A stretch of DNA of 64,000 nucleotides from Flavobacteriaceae bacterium. Its GTDB lineage: Bacteria > Bacteroidota > Bacteroidia > Flavobacteriales > Flavobacteriaceae. Below the pieces are notes generated by a model that saw only the letters and a list, made by a program, of their open reading frames with translations, was not told the origin of the DNA and ran no database searches. This document shows positions 41,284-51,221 of this stretch, one piece after another (position 1 is the stretch's first letter; each line of letters begins with the position of its first letter). The stretch lies in NCBI GenBank assembly GCA_024638165.1, contig JAHEKV010000004.1, forward strand, positions 160,703 to 224,702, written 5' to 3'. The translations under genes were made by a program, and so were the position numbers.

Positions 41284-42102
41284 ATGAATTTACGCCTATT
41301 AGTTATTCCTTTTTTCTCTCTCGTGCTATTTAGTTCTTGTAGCGAGTACCAAAAGGCACTTCGTAAGAACGATGTCAAAGAGATGTATGACCTCGCGAAT
41401 TCTTATTACGAGCAAGGAGACTATGTGAAGGCAAAGCGTTTATTTGAAGTAATCGCCCCAAAATATGCCGGTCGACCTCAAGGAGAACGCTTGAGCTTCT
41501 TTTTTGCAAATGCTCAATATCTAACAGGGTCCCACTATCTGTCGAGCTATCAGTTTGAAAGGTTTATTAAATCTTATCCCAATAGTGATAAAAGAGAGGA
41601 AGCTAGCTTTTTAGAAGCAGCAAGTTATTTTAAGATGAGTCCAAAATTTAGTCTTGATCAAACAGATACAGATACAGCACTCATTAAATTACAGTCTTTC
41701 ATCAATGACTATCCAGACTCAGAATATTTTGCTTCTGCAAATGAAATGGTTCAAACTTTAAATATTAAAAAGCAACAAAAGGCTTTTGAAATTGCGAAAC
41801 AATACGACAAGTTGGGAGAGTTCAATCTACCGGTGTTGTTTTCGGCTATTACTTCGTTGAATAATTTCATCTTAGAAAACCCAGGATCGATTTATAGGGA
41901 AGAAGCCTATTTCATTCGTTTGAAATCTGCTACTATACTTGCAGAGAACTCTACTTTTCAGAAGATGGATCAGCGTTTCAAAGACGCCTTGAAATATTAC
42001 AACGAGTTTAAAAGAAATTATCCTAATTCGAGGTTCACTGAGGAGGCAGACGCCTACAAGGAAAAAATTGATGAATCTCTACTTTCACTAACGTCATCTT
42101 AA
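41284..42102 (+). CDS. bamD: outer membrane protein assembly factor BamD-like TPR lipoprotein
   Basis: ATG 41284 gives the lipobox LFSSC. TPR-like repeats. Conserved position between dapA and rpoZ. Confidence 0.75.
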   Translation: MNLRLLVIPFFSLVLFSSCSEYQKALRKNDVKEMYDLANSYYEQGDYVKAKRLFEVIAPKYAGRPQGERLSFFFANAQYLTGSHYLSSYQFERFIKSYPNSDKREEASFLEAASYFKMSPKFSLDQTDTDTALIKLQSFINDYPDSEYFASANEMVQTLNIKKQQKAFEIAKQYDKLGEFNLPVLFSAITSLNNFILENPGSIYREEAYFIRLKSATILAENSTFQKMDQRFKDALKYYNEFKRNYPNSRFTEEADAYKEKIDESLLSLTSS

Positions 42103-42107
42103 TTATT

Positions 42108-42434
42108 ATGGCAAATCTTAAAGAAACCAAAGCATCAGCAACTACCAAAACATTGAATAAAAATGTGGTAGATCAACAAACCGGAAACATCTATGAAGCT
42201 ATTTCTGTGGTAGCTAAGCGCTCGATACAGATCAACGCTGAGATCAAAAAAGAGCTTTTAGAAAAGTTAGAAGAGTTTGCCACCTACACGGATAGCTTAG
42301 AGGAAGTATTCGAAAATAAGGAGCAGATCGAAGTATCTAAATTCTATGAAAAGCTTCCAAAGCCTCACGCAATTGCTATTGAGGAATGGTTAAACGAACG
42401 TATTTATTTTAGAAATACAAAAACAGAAGCTTAA
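42108..42434 (+). CDS. rpoZ: DNA-directed RNA polymerase subunit omega-like protein
   Basis: 108 aa. NIYEAISVVAKRSIQI resembles the omega core (N-Y-E-L-x-x-x-A-x-K-R-A-x-Q). Confidence 0.65.
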   Translation: MANLKETKASATTKTLNKNVVDQQTGNIYEAISVVAKRSIQINAEIKKELLEKLEEFATYTDSLEEVFENKEQIEVSKFYEKLPKPHAIAIEEWLNERIYFRNTKTEA

Positions 42435-42445
42435 TAATTAGGCTT

Positions 42446-43651
42446 ATGCTTTCAGGTAAGCGCATCCTATTAGGTGTTTGTGGTGGTATCGCCGCTTATA
42501 AAACAGCTAATTTGGTGCGCTTATTTATTAAAGCTGGTGCAGAAGTAAAGGTCGTAATGACCCCTGCCTCCAAAGACTTTGTTACTCCACTCACTCTTGC
42601 GACATTAAGCAAGAATCCGGTTCATTTTGATTTCATTAATGAGGTTAACGGTGAATTATCTTGGAACAATCATGTTGAATTAGGTAAATGGGCTGATTTG
42701 ATGGTTGTTGCACCTGCTACTGCTTCGACCTTGTCGAAGATGGCACAGGGTACCTGTGATAATCTTTTGTTAGCCACTTACCTTTCGTGCCCTTCACCCG
42801 TATATGTTGCGCCAGCGATGGACCTAGATATGTATGCACACCCAACAACGGCATCAACACTGAAAACGCTACAGAAGCATAAGGTTGATGTGATTCCAGT
42901 TAATTCAGGTTTTTTGGCAAGTGGTTTAGAAGGTGAGGGGCGAATGGCTGAGCCCGAAGAAATCGTTGCTTTTATCGAGAATAAGATACGTGAATCGTTG
43001 CCTTTGAAAGGAAAGAAGATTTTAGTTACGGCGGGGCCGACTAGGGAATCTATTGATCCTGTAAGGTTTCTGTCAAATCGATCGACGGGCACTATGGGGT
43101 ACCAAATAGCATTAAAAGCATTTGAGTTAGGAGCTGAGGTTGTCTTAGTCTCAGGGCCTGTTTGCCCTATGCAGTTGCCATTATCCATACAACGAATTGA
43201 GGTAGAAAGTGCTTTTGAGATGAGTTCAGAGGTTCGTAAACATTTTTCATCATCCGATTGTTTCGTCTCGACCGCAGCAGTGGCTGATTTTACTCCTTCA
43301 TCAGTGGCTGAACACAAGATTAAAAAGGGAGATGATTCACTAAATTTCGAATTAAATAAGACAGAGGATATATTGGCCTCGGTAGGAAAACTGAAATCAG
43401 AAGATCAGGTTCTCGTTGGTTTTGCCTTAGAATCTGACAATGGCGTCGAGAGTGCAAAATTAAAACTAGAACGCAAAAACTTAGATGCTATTGCACTTAA
43501 TTCTCTAGAGGTAAAAGGTGCAGGTTTCGGGAATTCTACCAATGAACTTACCCTCTTTTTTAAAGATTCGAAGCAGGTAAAGCTACCTTTAGCAGAGAAG
43601 TCGGTCATAGCTTCCCAATTTTGGAAGGCTCTTATAGATACTGTCTTATGA
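42446..43651 (+). CDS. coaBC: bifunctional phosphopantothenoylcysteine decarboxylase / phosphopantothenate-cysteine ligase
   Basis: 401 aa. An N-terminal flavoprotein domain (GVCGGIAAYK) followed by a CoaB domain. Confidence 0.9.
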   Translation: MLSGKRILLGVCGGIAAYKTANLVRLFIKAGAEVKVVMTPASKDFVTPLTLATLSKNPVHFDFINEVNGELSWNNHVELGKWADLMVVAPATASTLSKMAQGTCDNLLLATYLSCPSPVYVAPAMDLDMYAHPTTASTLKTLQKHKVDVIPVNSGFLASGLEGEGRMAEPEEIVAFIENKIRESLPLKGKKILVTAGPTRESIDPVRFLSNRSTGTMGYQIALKAFELGAEVVLVSGPVCPMQLPLSIQRIEVESAFEMSSEVRKHFSSSDCFVSTAAVADFTPSSVAEHKIKKGDDSLNFELNKTEDILASVGKLKSEDQVLVGFALESDNGVESAKLKLERKNLDAIALNSLEVKGAGFGNSTNELTLFFKDSKQVKLPLAEKSVIASQFWKALIDTVL

Positions 43652-44454
43652 AGTACTTGATCTCCTTATTATTCTTAATCGCTTCATTGAACTTGTTTGC
43701 TCAAGAAATACGACCTACCGTGGTAATTTCGAATCGCAGTAACTCAAGCTATGTTTCAACTATTGAAAATCGCTTAAAATTAGACCTTGAACGGTTTATA
43801 TCCCAGAAAAAATGGGGAGGTCAAACAAGAGATGAAAATGCGAAACTAGATGTGCGTTATTATCTTTCTGTTTTAGAGCAGAATGGAGAACAGTATCGTG
43901 CTATTCTAATGGTCGAGGCTTTTAGACCTGTATTTAATACCACATACAAAACCCCTTTGTTTAAGATTATTGAGAGTGATTTGACCTTTAACTACCAAGT
44001 AAATCGACCGCTGATTTATAATGAAAACCAATTGAATTCTAATTTGTTGACAACTATTGCCTTTTACACCCACTTAGCTCTTGGTTACGAGGGAGATAGT
44101 TTTGAGTTATATGGAGGGTCAAGTTATCATCAAAAGGCCAATGATTTAATTGCTCGAGCACAAACCTTAGGAGCTATGGGATGGGAAATGCGTAGATCAG
44201 GCACAACGAAATATCGTTTAGTTTATGAGTTACTCTCTTCGAACGGAAAGATCCTAAGACAATGGTGGTATCAATATCATCGAATCGGTTTAGATCACCA
44301 ATACGAGAATATTTCAGAGTCAAAATCGATGATGAGTGAAATCATTGGGGTGTTTTTAGAAATGAATAAATCGCTTAAGAATCTCCTGATTTACAAGCGC
44401 ATAAGTGAATCTAAAAAAGTCGAATTTGAGGGATTCATTGGTTCTGAAGAGTAG
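43648..44454 (+). CDS. exported DUF4835-like protein
   Basis: ATG 43648 sits in an ATGA overlap with coaBC. Signal peptide ending NLFA|Q. Sits in the coaBC-recN position typical of Flavobacteriia. Confidence 0.6.
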   Translation: MKYLISLLFLIASLNLFAQEIRPTVVISNRSNSSYVSTIENRLKLDLERFISQKKWGGQTRDENAKLDVRYYLSVLEQNGEQYRAILMVEAFRPVFNTTYKTPLFKIIESDLTFNYQVNRPLIYNENQLNSNLLTTIAFYTHLALGYEGDSFELYGGSSYHQKANDLIARAQTLGAMGWEMRRSGTTKYRLVYELLSSNGKILRQWWYQYHRIGLDHQYENISESKSMMSEIIGVFLEMNKSLKNLLIYKRISESKKVEFEGFIGSEE

Positions 44455-44505
44455 TGTTATAATAGTGCACTCGAACTTTCTATATTAGTCGATAAGTTTG
44501 TTGTT

Positions 44506-46158
44506 TTGATTCAAAGAATTTACATAAAGAATTATGCGTTAATTCAGGAATTAGAGTTAGAATTCCCGAAGGGCTTTACCGTTATTACCGGTGAAACAGG
44601 TTCTGGTAAATCAATTTTGTTGGGAGCACTTCAATTAGCTTTAGGTGCAAGGGCAGATCACAGCATTCTTTTTAACAAAGAAGACAAGTGTGTGCTTGAG
44701 GTTGAATTAGAGGTTAGGGATGACTATCGTCAGTGGTTTGAAGACAACGATTTCGATTATCAGCCAATAACCATTATTCGCAGAGAACTTTCACCCAATG
44801 GTAAATCTCGACTTTTTTTAAATGATTCTCCGGTAACTCAAAACCTTCTTAAACAGTTAACCGATCAGTTAATCGTGATTCATTCACAGCATGAGTCTCA
44901 TTCGATTCTAACAAGTTCTGAGCAGATCAATCTACTGGATGAATTTTCAGGAAGTATAGAATTATCAAAACGATTCAAGGGTAAATACAAGGAGTATCGT
45001 TCGGCTCAAAGTATCTACGATCAGTTGATGAGCCAAAAGGAGGCCATTGAGAAGGAGTGGGATTATCATCAATTTTTAATTGAAGAGTTAGAAGCAGCAA
45101 AGGTTCATTCAGTTGATTTAGATGCCCTAGAAACAGAGTTTAAAACTCTTTCTGAAATTGATACGATTCGTTTACAATTAGCTCAGGCCTTAGGTACGCT
45201 TCAAGACGAACAAATGGGAGTATTGACAACCTTGAATCAACTTCAACGAACACTTTCTGATTTAAGTCGTCGTAATCCACATTTCAAGGGACTTGAAGAA
45301 CGAGTAATTAGTGTTTTGTTAGAGTTAAGAGATGTTGATGGAGAAATTGAAAACTCCTTAGAACGGCAGGTTCCTGACCCTTCAAGACTTGAAGAGTTAG
45401 ATGAGCGTATCAATGAACTCTATCGATTACAACAAAAGCACAAGGCAGCTTCAATTTCAGAGTTAAAAGAGATTTATCGGGAATTAAATCAGAAACTTTC
45501 TGTAGAGCAGTCACCAACAGATCAAATCGAATCATTAAAAACCCAACTAGATTTATTAAAGTCTGAATTAGATTCGTTAGCCATTGAACTTCAACGTTTA
45601 AGACAAAATGGAGCAGTTGATCTTTCTTCTGAATTAGAGACTGTACTTCATAAACTCGGTATGTCGTCATCAGAGGTTCGATTTGATTTTAAACCTACCA
45701 AGATGACGGCTAATGGTGGCTTTGAAATTGATTTGATGTTTAAGGCAAATCGAGGAGGGGTGTTTAGCACTTTAAAGAATTCGATCTCTGGAGGGGAACT
45801 ATCGAGACTTGCTTTAGCTATAGAATATGTAAAGAGCCACAAGGGAACTTTACCAGTTCAAGTATTTGATGAAATTGATACGGGTGTCTCCGGGGAGATT
45901 GCTGATAAAATGGCACAGCTTTTTGTCACGATGGGAACAAAAAATCAGCTGATTGTGATTAGTCATCTACCGCAAGTAGCATCAAAAGGTACGTCTCATT
46001 TCAAAATTGCAAAAACAGAGGATTCAGAGTCTACTCGCACTCAGATGCTAAAATTGTCAAAAGAAGATAGAGAGATTGAAATTGCTACTATATTAGAAGG
46101 GTTGAATCCTTCAGATACGGCTATTCAGCATGCAAGGAGTCTTCTCGCTCGCTTATAG
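44506..46158 (+). CDS. recN: DNA repair protein RecN
   Basis: 550 aa with a TTG start. Walker A GETGSGKSIL, coiled coil, signature ISGGELSRLALA, and Walker B VQVFDEIDTG. Confidence 0.95.
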   Translation: MIQRIYIKNYALIQELELEFPKGFTVITGETGSGKSILLGALQLALGARADHSILFNKEDKCVLEVELEVRDDYRQWFEDNDFDYQPITIIRRELSPNGKSRLFLNDSPVTQNLLKQLTDQLIVIHSQHESHSILTSSEQINLLDEFSGSIELSKRFKGKYKEYRSAQSIYDQLMSQKEAIEKEWDYHQFLIEELEAAKVHSVDLDALETEFKTLSEIDTIRLQLAQALGTLQDEQMGVLTTLNQLQRTLSDLSRRNPHFKGLEERVISVLLELRDVDGEIENSLERQVPDPSRLEELDERINELYRLQQKHKAASISELKEIYRELNQKLSVEQSPTDQIESLKTQLDLLKSELDSLAIELQRLRQNGAVDLSSELETVLHKLGMSSSEVRFDFKPTKMTANGGFEIDLMFKANRGGVFSTLKNSISGGELSRLALAIEYVKSHKGTLPVQVFDEIDTGVSGEIADKMAQLFVTMGTKNQLIVISHLPQVASKGTSHFKIAKTEDSESTRTQMLKLSKEDREIEIATILEGLNPSDTAIQHARSLLARL

Positions 46159-46170
46159 CAGCGAACTTGC

Positions 46171-46178
46171 TATATTTG
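46171..46178 (+). promoter_or_regulatory. -7 box TATATTTG for fabI
   Basis: 23 nt upstream of ATG 46202. Confidence 0.5.
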
Positions 46179-46201
46179 TTTTAAATAATGTTTCAATAGA
46201 T

Positions 46202-47014
46202 ATGAGTTACAACCTACTTAAAGGCAAACGAGGAATTATCTTTGGTGCCCTTGATGAAAATTCAATTGCCTGGAAGACGGCAGAAAGAGTCCATGAAGAA
46301 GGAGGATCGTTTGTATTAACCAACGCACCAATAGCCTTAAGAATGGGTCAGTTAAACGCCTTAGCGGAGAAAACTGGTGCTAAAGTTATCCCTGCCGATG
46401 CAACCTCTAGTGAAGATCTTAACCAATTAATAGAGGAGGCAACTGCTCATTTAGGAGGTAAACTTGATTTTGTTCTGCATTCGATTGGAATGTCTGTAAA
46501 CGTTAGAAAAGGAAGACATTATACTGACGAAAACTATGATTTTACAACTAAGGGCTGGGATGTGTCTGCTCTTTCATTTCATAAATTACTTCAGTCGCTC
46601 TATAAAAACGATGCGATGAATGAATGGGGTAGTGTTGTGGCTTTAACTTATATGGCTGCGCAACGTACCTTCCCTGACTATAATGATATGGCAGACAATA
46701 AAGCATACTTAGAGTCTGTGGCAAGAAGTTTTGGTTATTTCTTTGGAAAGGAGAAGCATGTTCGAGTAAATACGATTTCTCAATCTCCCACGGTTACTAC
46801 TGCGGGTAAAGGAGTTAAAGGCTTTGACGCTTTCCTAAGTTTTGCAGAAAAAATGTCGCCACTAGGAAACGCTACGGCTGCTGATTGCGCTGATTATACA
46901 GTTACTTTATTTTCTGATTTGACCAGGAAGGTAACGATGCAGAATCTTTTCCATGACGGAGGGTTTTCAAATACCGGTGTCAGTCAAGAAATTGTTGATC
47001 ATTTTTCTGAATAA
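46202..47014 (+). CDS. fabI: enoyl-[acyl-carrier-protein] reductase (NADH)
   Basis: ATG 46202 (MSYNLLKGKRGIIFG). FabI-type Y...K context (YMAAQ...NKAYLES). The ORF-track start at 46130 overlaps recN. Confidence 0.85.
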   Translation: MSYNLLKGKRGIIFGALDENSIAWKTAERVHEEGGSFVLTNAPIALRMGQLNALAEKTGAKVIPADATSSEDLNQLIEEATAHLGGKLDFVLHSIGMSVNVRKGRHYTDENYDFTTKGWDVSALSFHKLLQSLYKNDAMNEWGSVVALTYMAAQRTFPDYNDMADNKAYLESVARSFGYFFGKEKHVRVNTISQSPTVTTAGKGVKGFDAFLSFAEKMSPLGNATAADCADYTVTLFSDLTRKVTMQNLFHDGGFSNTGVSQEIVDHFSE

Positions 47015-47019
47015 AAGAT

Positions 47020-47040
47020 GCCCCTTCAAGGGGCTTTTTT
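47020..47040 (+). terminator. intrinsic terminator after fabI
   Basis: GCCCC-TTCAA-GGGGC followed by TTTTTT. The next gene's ATG is at 47042. Confidence 0.65.
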
Positions 47041-47041
47041 A

Positions 47042-48094
47042 ATGAAACCCTTTTATTTTTCTATTGTCATACCGGTATTTAACCGACCTGATGAGATCGA
47101 TAGACTTCTTCAAAGCTTGACCTTTCAGGATGATAAAAATCCTTTTGAGGTAGTTGTAGTTGAAGACGGCTCAACTATTGATGCTAAACAAGTATGCGAT
47201 AAATACTCGAATCAATTAGAGATTAACTATTATTTCAAATCAAACAGTGGTCCGGGTGATAGCCGTAATTACGGTATGTCTCAAGCAAAGGGTAATTATT
47301 TTCTGATCTTAGACAGTGACTGTGTTCTTCCTTCTCACTATCTCTCCACAGTTCGCAAGGCCCTTTCTGCCTCATATACGGATTGCTTTGGAGGTGCTGA
47401 TGCGGCTCACGATTCCTTTACTTTCTTTCAAAAGGCAGTAAATGCAGTGATGACCAATCCTTTTTCTACAGGGGGTGTAAGGGGTGCCAAAAAAGGACTG
47501 ACGCGGTTTCAACCTAGAAGTTTTAATATGGGAGTTTCAAAACAACTTTTTGAGGCTACTGGTGGGTTTGGAAAGATTCATCCTGGTGAAGATCCTGAAT
47601 TTGTATTTCGCGCTTGGGATTTAGGATTTAAAACGCGTTTTGTGGATGGGGCTGAGGTTTTTCATGAAAGGCGTATTCGTCTAAACACGTTTGTAAAACA
47701 GATCTATAAATTCGGATCTGTACGTGTGATATTAAATCGAATGCATCCCAAATACCAATCAAGACTATTCCTTTTACCGAGTGTATTTACCGCTGGTTGG
47801 ATAATATTAATCACTCTTTTATTAATCTCCTTTTTATTCAATCTAAACCCTTTTCATCTTGATTATATCTATGGGGGGATCTCGTTATATCTGATTTATT
47901 CTGTATTATTTTTTGCAAATACTTGGTATAGAAGTAAATCGTTTCGAATAGCTGTGGTATCCGTTCCTCTTTTGTTTATTCAATTTGCATCTTATGCCTA
48001 TGGTTATATAAGATCATCCCTAAAGCTCATTGGAGTTTCTAATGATCGCATACAAGTTAAACTTCCAGAGTTCTTTTTTAAAGACATTGCTTAA
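47042..48094 (+). CDS. family 2 glycosyltransferase with C-terminal multi-TM region
   Basis: GT-A motifs FSIVIPVFNRPDE, VVVEDGS and LDSD. Three hydrophobic helices in the last ~110 aa. ATG 47042 lies just after the fabI terminator. Confidence 0.8.
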   Translation: MKPFYFSIVIPVFNRPDEIDRLLQSLTFQDDKNPFEVVVVEDGSTIDAKQVCDKYSNQLEINYYFKSNSGPGDSRNYGMSQAKGNYFLILDSDCVLPSHYLSTVRKALSASYTDCFGGADAAHDSFTFFQKAVNAVMTNPFSTGGVRGAKKGLTRFQPRSFNMGVSKQLFEATGGFGKIHPGEDPEFVFRAWDLGFKTRFVDGAEVFHERRIRLNTFVKQIYKFGSVRVILNRMHPKYQSRLFLLPSVFTAGWIILITLLLISFLFNLNPFHLDYIYGGISLYLIYSVLFFANTWYRSKSFRIAVVSVPLLFIQFASYAYGYIRSSLKLIGVSNDRIQVKLPEFFFKDIA

Positions 48095-48103
48095 CTTTCA
48101 TCT

Positions 48104-49039
48104 ATGAAGTATAAGGTTGATCCCAAATTTTTTGTTTTTTTAGCACTTTCTATAGTTTTATGGCAATTCACCAATTTAGCGAAGCCTATTTCGGTTAGTA
48201 AATTGGTTAACGTAACCTATAAAGCTCCAAATGGGGATTATCAATTAGTTGATAATTCGGTAGTTTCTATTGAAACTAGAGTAACTGCAACAGGTCTAAG
48301 ATTACTTTTTAACTCGCCTTACAATAAAGTCTATTCCTTATCGACAGAATCAATGGTTGAGTCAGATGATCAATTCGTCTTATTACCTTCTGACATAGAA
48401 AGTCAACTTCAAAAGGAATTTGGTGAAGCCATCACTATCGAAAAGATATTTACCGCAGATCTAGCCGTTCCTTTAGCGAGAATTGCCTCCAAAAAAGTTC
48501 CTGTAATACCCGATGTTTCGATATCCTATAAACAAAACTATACTTTGAAAGGTGCTCTAAGTGTATCGCCTGATAGTGTAAGAATAAGTGCACCAGAGTC
48601 TACGCTAAGAACTATTAGTACACTAAATACGGTACCTCTAAAACGAGAGAATGTATCCTCATCTATAAATCAGCCTTTGGCTATTGATTATTCTGATTTA
48701 CAACTCTCGAGTATAGAGCAAACAGAGGTTACCCTCAATGCAGAGGTCGTACGATTCTCAGAGATGGTCTATGAAGTTCCCATTCTTCTACCAGAACTTG
48801 AAAATGGGATGCGATTAGCCGTGTTTCCACCCAATGCACAAGTAGTTTGTAAGGCACCAGCAGAAGTCTTGAAAGCTTTAGATTCAGGGGCCTTTGGTGT
48901 TACTGTAGACTTTGATTTTAGTCAAGGTATTGATTCCTTGCCTTCAAGATTACCTTTAAAATTCTCTTATAGTCCTTCTGATGTGCTAGAAGTATTTTTT
49001 TCGAATGATCGCGTGAATTATATTCTAGAAAAGCAATGA
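48104..49039 (+). CDS. YbbR-like domain membrane-anchored protein
   Basis: 311 aa. N-terminal TM helix followed by repeated beta-rich segments. The call rests on layout and recollected synteny next to coaE. Confidence 0.55.
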   Translation: MKYKVDPKFFVFLALSIVLWQFTNLAKPISVSKLVNVTYKAPNGDYQLVDNSVVSIETRVTATGLRLLFNSPYNKVYSLSTESMVESDDQFVLLPSDIESQLQKEFGEAITIEKIFTADLAVPLARIASKKVPVIPDVSISYKQNYTLKGALSVSPDSVRISAPESTLRTISTLNTVPLKRENVSSSINQPLAIDYSDLQLSSIEQTEVTLNAEVVRFSEMVYEVPILLPELENGMRLAVFPPNAQVVCKAPAEVLKALDSGAFGVTVDFDFSQGIDSLPSRLPLKFSYSPSDVLEVFFSNDRVNYILEKQ

Positions 49040-49635
49040 AAGTAATTGCCATCACGGGTGGAATAGGGTCTGGTAAATCAAAGGTTGCTAATTATTTGAT
49101 TAAAAAAGGTTATTCGGTTTATTCTGCTGATGACCGATCAAAGCAATTACTTTTAGAAGATGCTATTCGGCTGAAAATTATGGATCTATTGGGTCCTAAT
49201 TCATACGCTAGAGATGGAAAGGCTTATTTAGCGAATAAACCATATATCGCATCAAAGATTTTTTCAGATGATGCGTTGAGAAAGAAAATGGAGGCGATTA
49301 TGCATCCAGCGGTTCGACAAGACTTTGAGGTTTGGCTTAATAAGCAAAGCGAGGAATTTATTTTTCAAGAGTCAGCATTAATTTTAGCCTCGAAAGATCC
49401 TTATCCATTTGATAAGATTATCTATATAGATGCTGATTTGGATCAACGGATTGAAGGGATTATGAAACGTGATCAGACTTCTCGTGAGCAAATTTTGCAA
49501 CGAATTGAAGCCCAACCTCAATTAGAGGATCACCTTTCACAAATCGACTATATCATCAATAATAAATTTGATACTGCTCTCTTTGATGAAATAGATGCTT
49601 TAATTGAAGATCTAAAAAACGACAACTATGAATAA
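49036..49635 (+). CDS. coaE: dephospho-CoA kinase
   Basis: P-loop ITGGIGSGKS. ATGA overlap with the upstream gene. Confidence 0.9.
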   Translation: MKVIAITGGIGSGKSKVANYLIKKGYSVYSADDRSKQLLLEDAIRLKIMDLLGPNSYARDGKAYLANKPYIASKIFSDDALRKKMEAIMHPAVRQDFEVWLNKQSEEFIFQESALILASKDPYPFDKIIYIDADLDQRIEGIMKRDQTSREQILQRIEAQPQLEDHLSQIDYIINNKFDTALFDEIDALIEDLKNDNYE

Positions 49636-51214
49636 GAAGTGGTTATACATTACCTTGTTTTTAATGTCCGTTGCTTTAATAGGCATCATTTTAGTTCAAG
49701 GTTACTGGATTAAAATTTCCTTCGATAGTCGCTCCGAAGAGTTCTCAACGGCTTTAATTGATGTTTTAGAACATACTTCAGAGCAAATTGAAGATCGTGA
49801 ACGAAAAGACTATTACAATCAACTAGCCGTTCTCATCGATAGTGTAGGTGCTCCTAAATCTACGCATATTAGAAATTTTTTCTTCGTAAACCGAGGAGTC
49901 TCAGAGGACGAAATTATTTACTATTCGCACAATATTTTAGAGGAGGGGTATGATTTATCTACCCAATCGCTTCCAGGCTTTTGGGGTGCAACCTCTTCAG
50001 ATACTACAAGGATTGTCAATTTTACATCGAATCGAACCAAAAAGGTTTTTAGATCTGGTTTAAGTAGTGATGGCTTAAGTTCAAATATTGAGCCTGTGGA
50101 GGTTATTGAAAAAATTGGATCACTCAGCAGTATTGAAAAGGCGCAATACGAAGATGTATTCATGGAGGCTGCTAAGGCTACTCCGATTTATGAAAGACTT
50201 ACTGCACAAGAAATTCAGTTTGTTTTGAGTAGAGAACTTCTCAAACGCGGTATTTCTTTACCCTTCGAATTTGGAGTCGAGCGTCAAGGATACCCTACCT
50301 CGGTAAGAAGTGAAGGCTTTGATTTTACATCGACCTCTACCTATCGTTCTTCGATTTTTAATGATAGTGAAGGAGTTAGCGCTTATGAATTGGTGCTTGA
50401 TATTCCCCGTAAAAATGCTTATCTCATCAGGGATGTTTTGGGTCTTATGGCTTTATCGGTTTTCTTCACCTTGATCATTCTTGCAACGTTTTCTGTGGCG
50501 ATTTATCAGCTTTTTACACAAAAGAAGAATGCCGAGATTAAAGCAGACTTTATTAATAACATGACCCACGAGTTTAAAACTCCTATCGCCACGATCGGTC
50601 TTGCAGTGGATGCTTTGAAATCTACCTTGAAAGAGGAAACCAGTGGAAGGTATTTAAATATGATTCGTGATGAAAATAAACGAATGCTGACTCAGGTTGA
50701 GAATGTTCTTCAAATCGCACAATTAGAGAAAGGCCAGGTCGACCTTGATTTATCAGACATTTCAATACACGAAATTATTCTGGCAGCTAAGAAACGTGTT
50801 GATCTCATTTCAAATGAGAGAAATGGCACAATTGTTGTGAAGCTTGATGCGGTAAATGATGTGATACAAGGAGATGCAATGCATCTCACACATGTTTTTA
50901 TCAATTTACTGGATAATGCGATCAAGTACACCGATGAGAATAAAGCTCCTGAAGTGCATATTTCCACCCGAGTAATTGATCACAGAATTGTAGTCGAACT
51001 CTCTGATAATGGAATAGGGATGAGTCGAACTACCTTGAAACAAGCTTTTGATAAGTTTTACCGGGAAACCAGTGGAAACTTACATTTAGTTAAAGGTCAT
51101 GGTCTAGGTTTAGCCTATGTGAAACAGATGATAGAAGCACATCAAGGAACGGTTCGAGTAGAAAGTGAAAAAGGAGTTGGAACTACATTTTATGTTGAAT
51201 TAAAACTAAAATGA
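49628..51214 (+). CDS. sensor histidine kinase (two TM helices, ~230-aa extracytoplasmic domain)
   Basis: H-box HEFKTPI, N-box LLDNAIKY, and G-boxes DNGIGM and GHGLGL. Confidence 0.9.
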   Translation: MNKKWLYITLFLMSVALIGIILVQGYWIKISFDSRSEEFSTALIDVLEHTSEQIEDRERKDYYNQLAVLIDSVGAPKSTHIRNFFFVNRGVSEDEIIYYSHNILEEGYDLSTQSLPGFWGATSSDTTRIVNFTSNRTKKVFRSGLSSDGLSSNIEPVEVIEKIGSLSSIEKAQYEDVFMEAAKATPIYERLTAQEIQFVLSRELLKRGISLPFEFGVERQGYPTSVRSEGFDFTSTSTYRSSIFNDSEGVSAYELVLDIPRKNAYLIRDVLGLMALSVFFTLIILATFSVAIYQLFTQKKNAEIKADFINNMTHEFKTPIATIGLAVDALKSTLKEETSGRYLNMIRDENKRMLTQVENVLQIAQLEKGQVDLDLSDISIHEIILAAKKRVDLISNERNGTIVVKLDAVNDVIQGDAMHLTHVFINLLDNAIKYTDENKAPEVHISTRVIDHRIVVELSDNGIGMSRTTLKQAFDKFYRETSGNLHLVKGHGLGLAYVKQMIEAHQGTVRVESEKGVGTTFYVELKLK

Positions 51215-51221
51215 CCCAAAT

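Noticed and set aside
42778-43317. 179-aa ORF antisense to coaBC, the longest of many antisense or out-of-frame ORFs in the track. Others include 18193..18558, 32311..32673, 23764..24066, 39639..39971, 12451..12714, 19260..19523, 57996..58253 and 37566..37865.
   Set aside because: Each lies wholly inside, or mostly overlaps, a gene with clear family motifs on the other strand or frame. Their translations are low-complexity (Ser/Leu/Pro/Arg-rich), show no motifs, and have no promoter box or spacer of their own.
44493-44508. TAAGTTTG box 5 nt before the recN TTG start, which would suggest a leaderless recN mRNA.
   Set aside because: Leaderless translation normally needs AUG. recN is only 51 nt downstream of the preceding same-strand gene and is more simply co-transcribed with it. 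The box may be coincidental. It is mentioned under the promoter finding only as unresolved.
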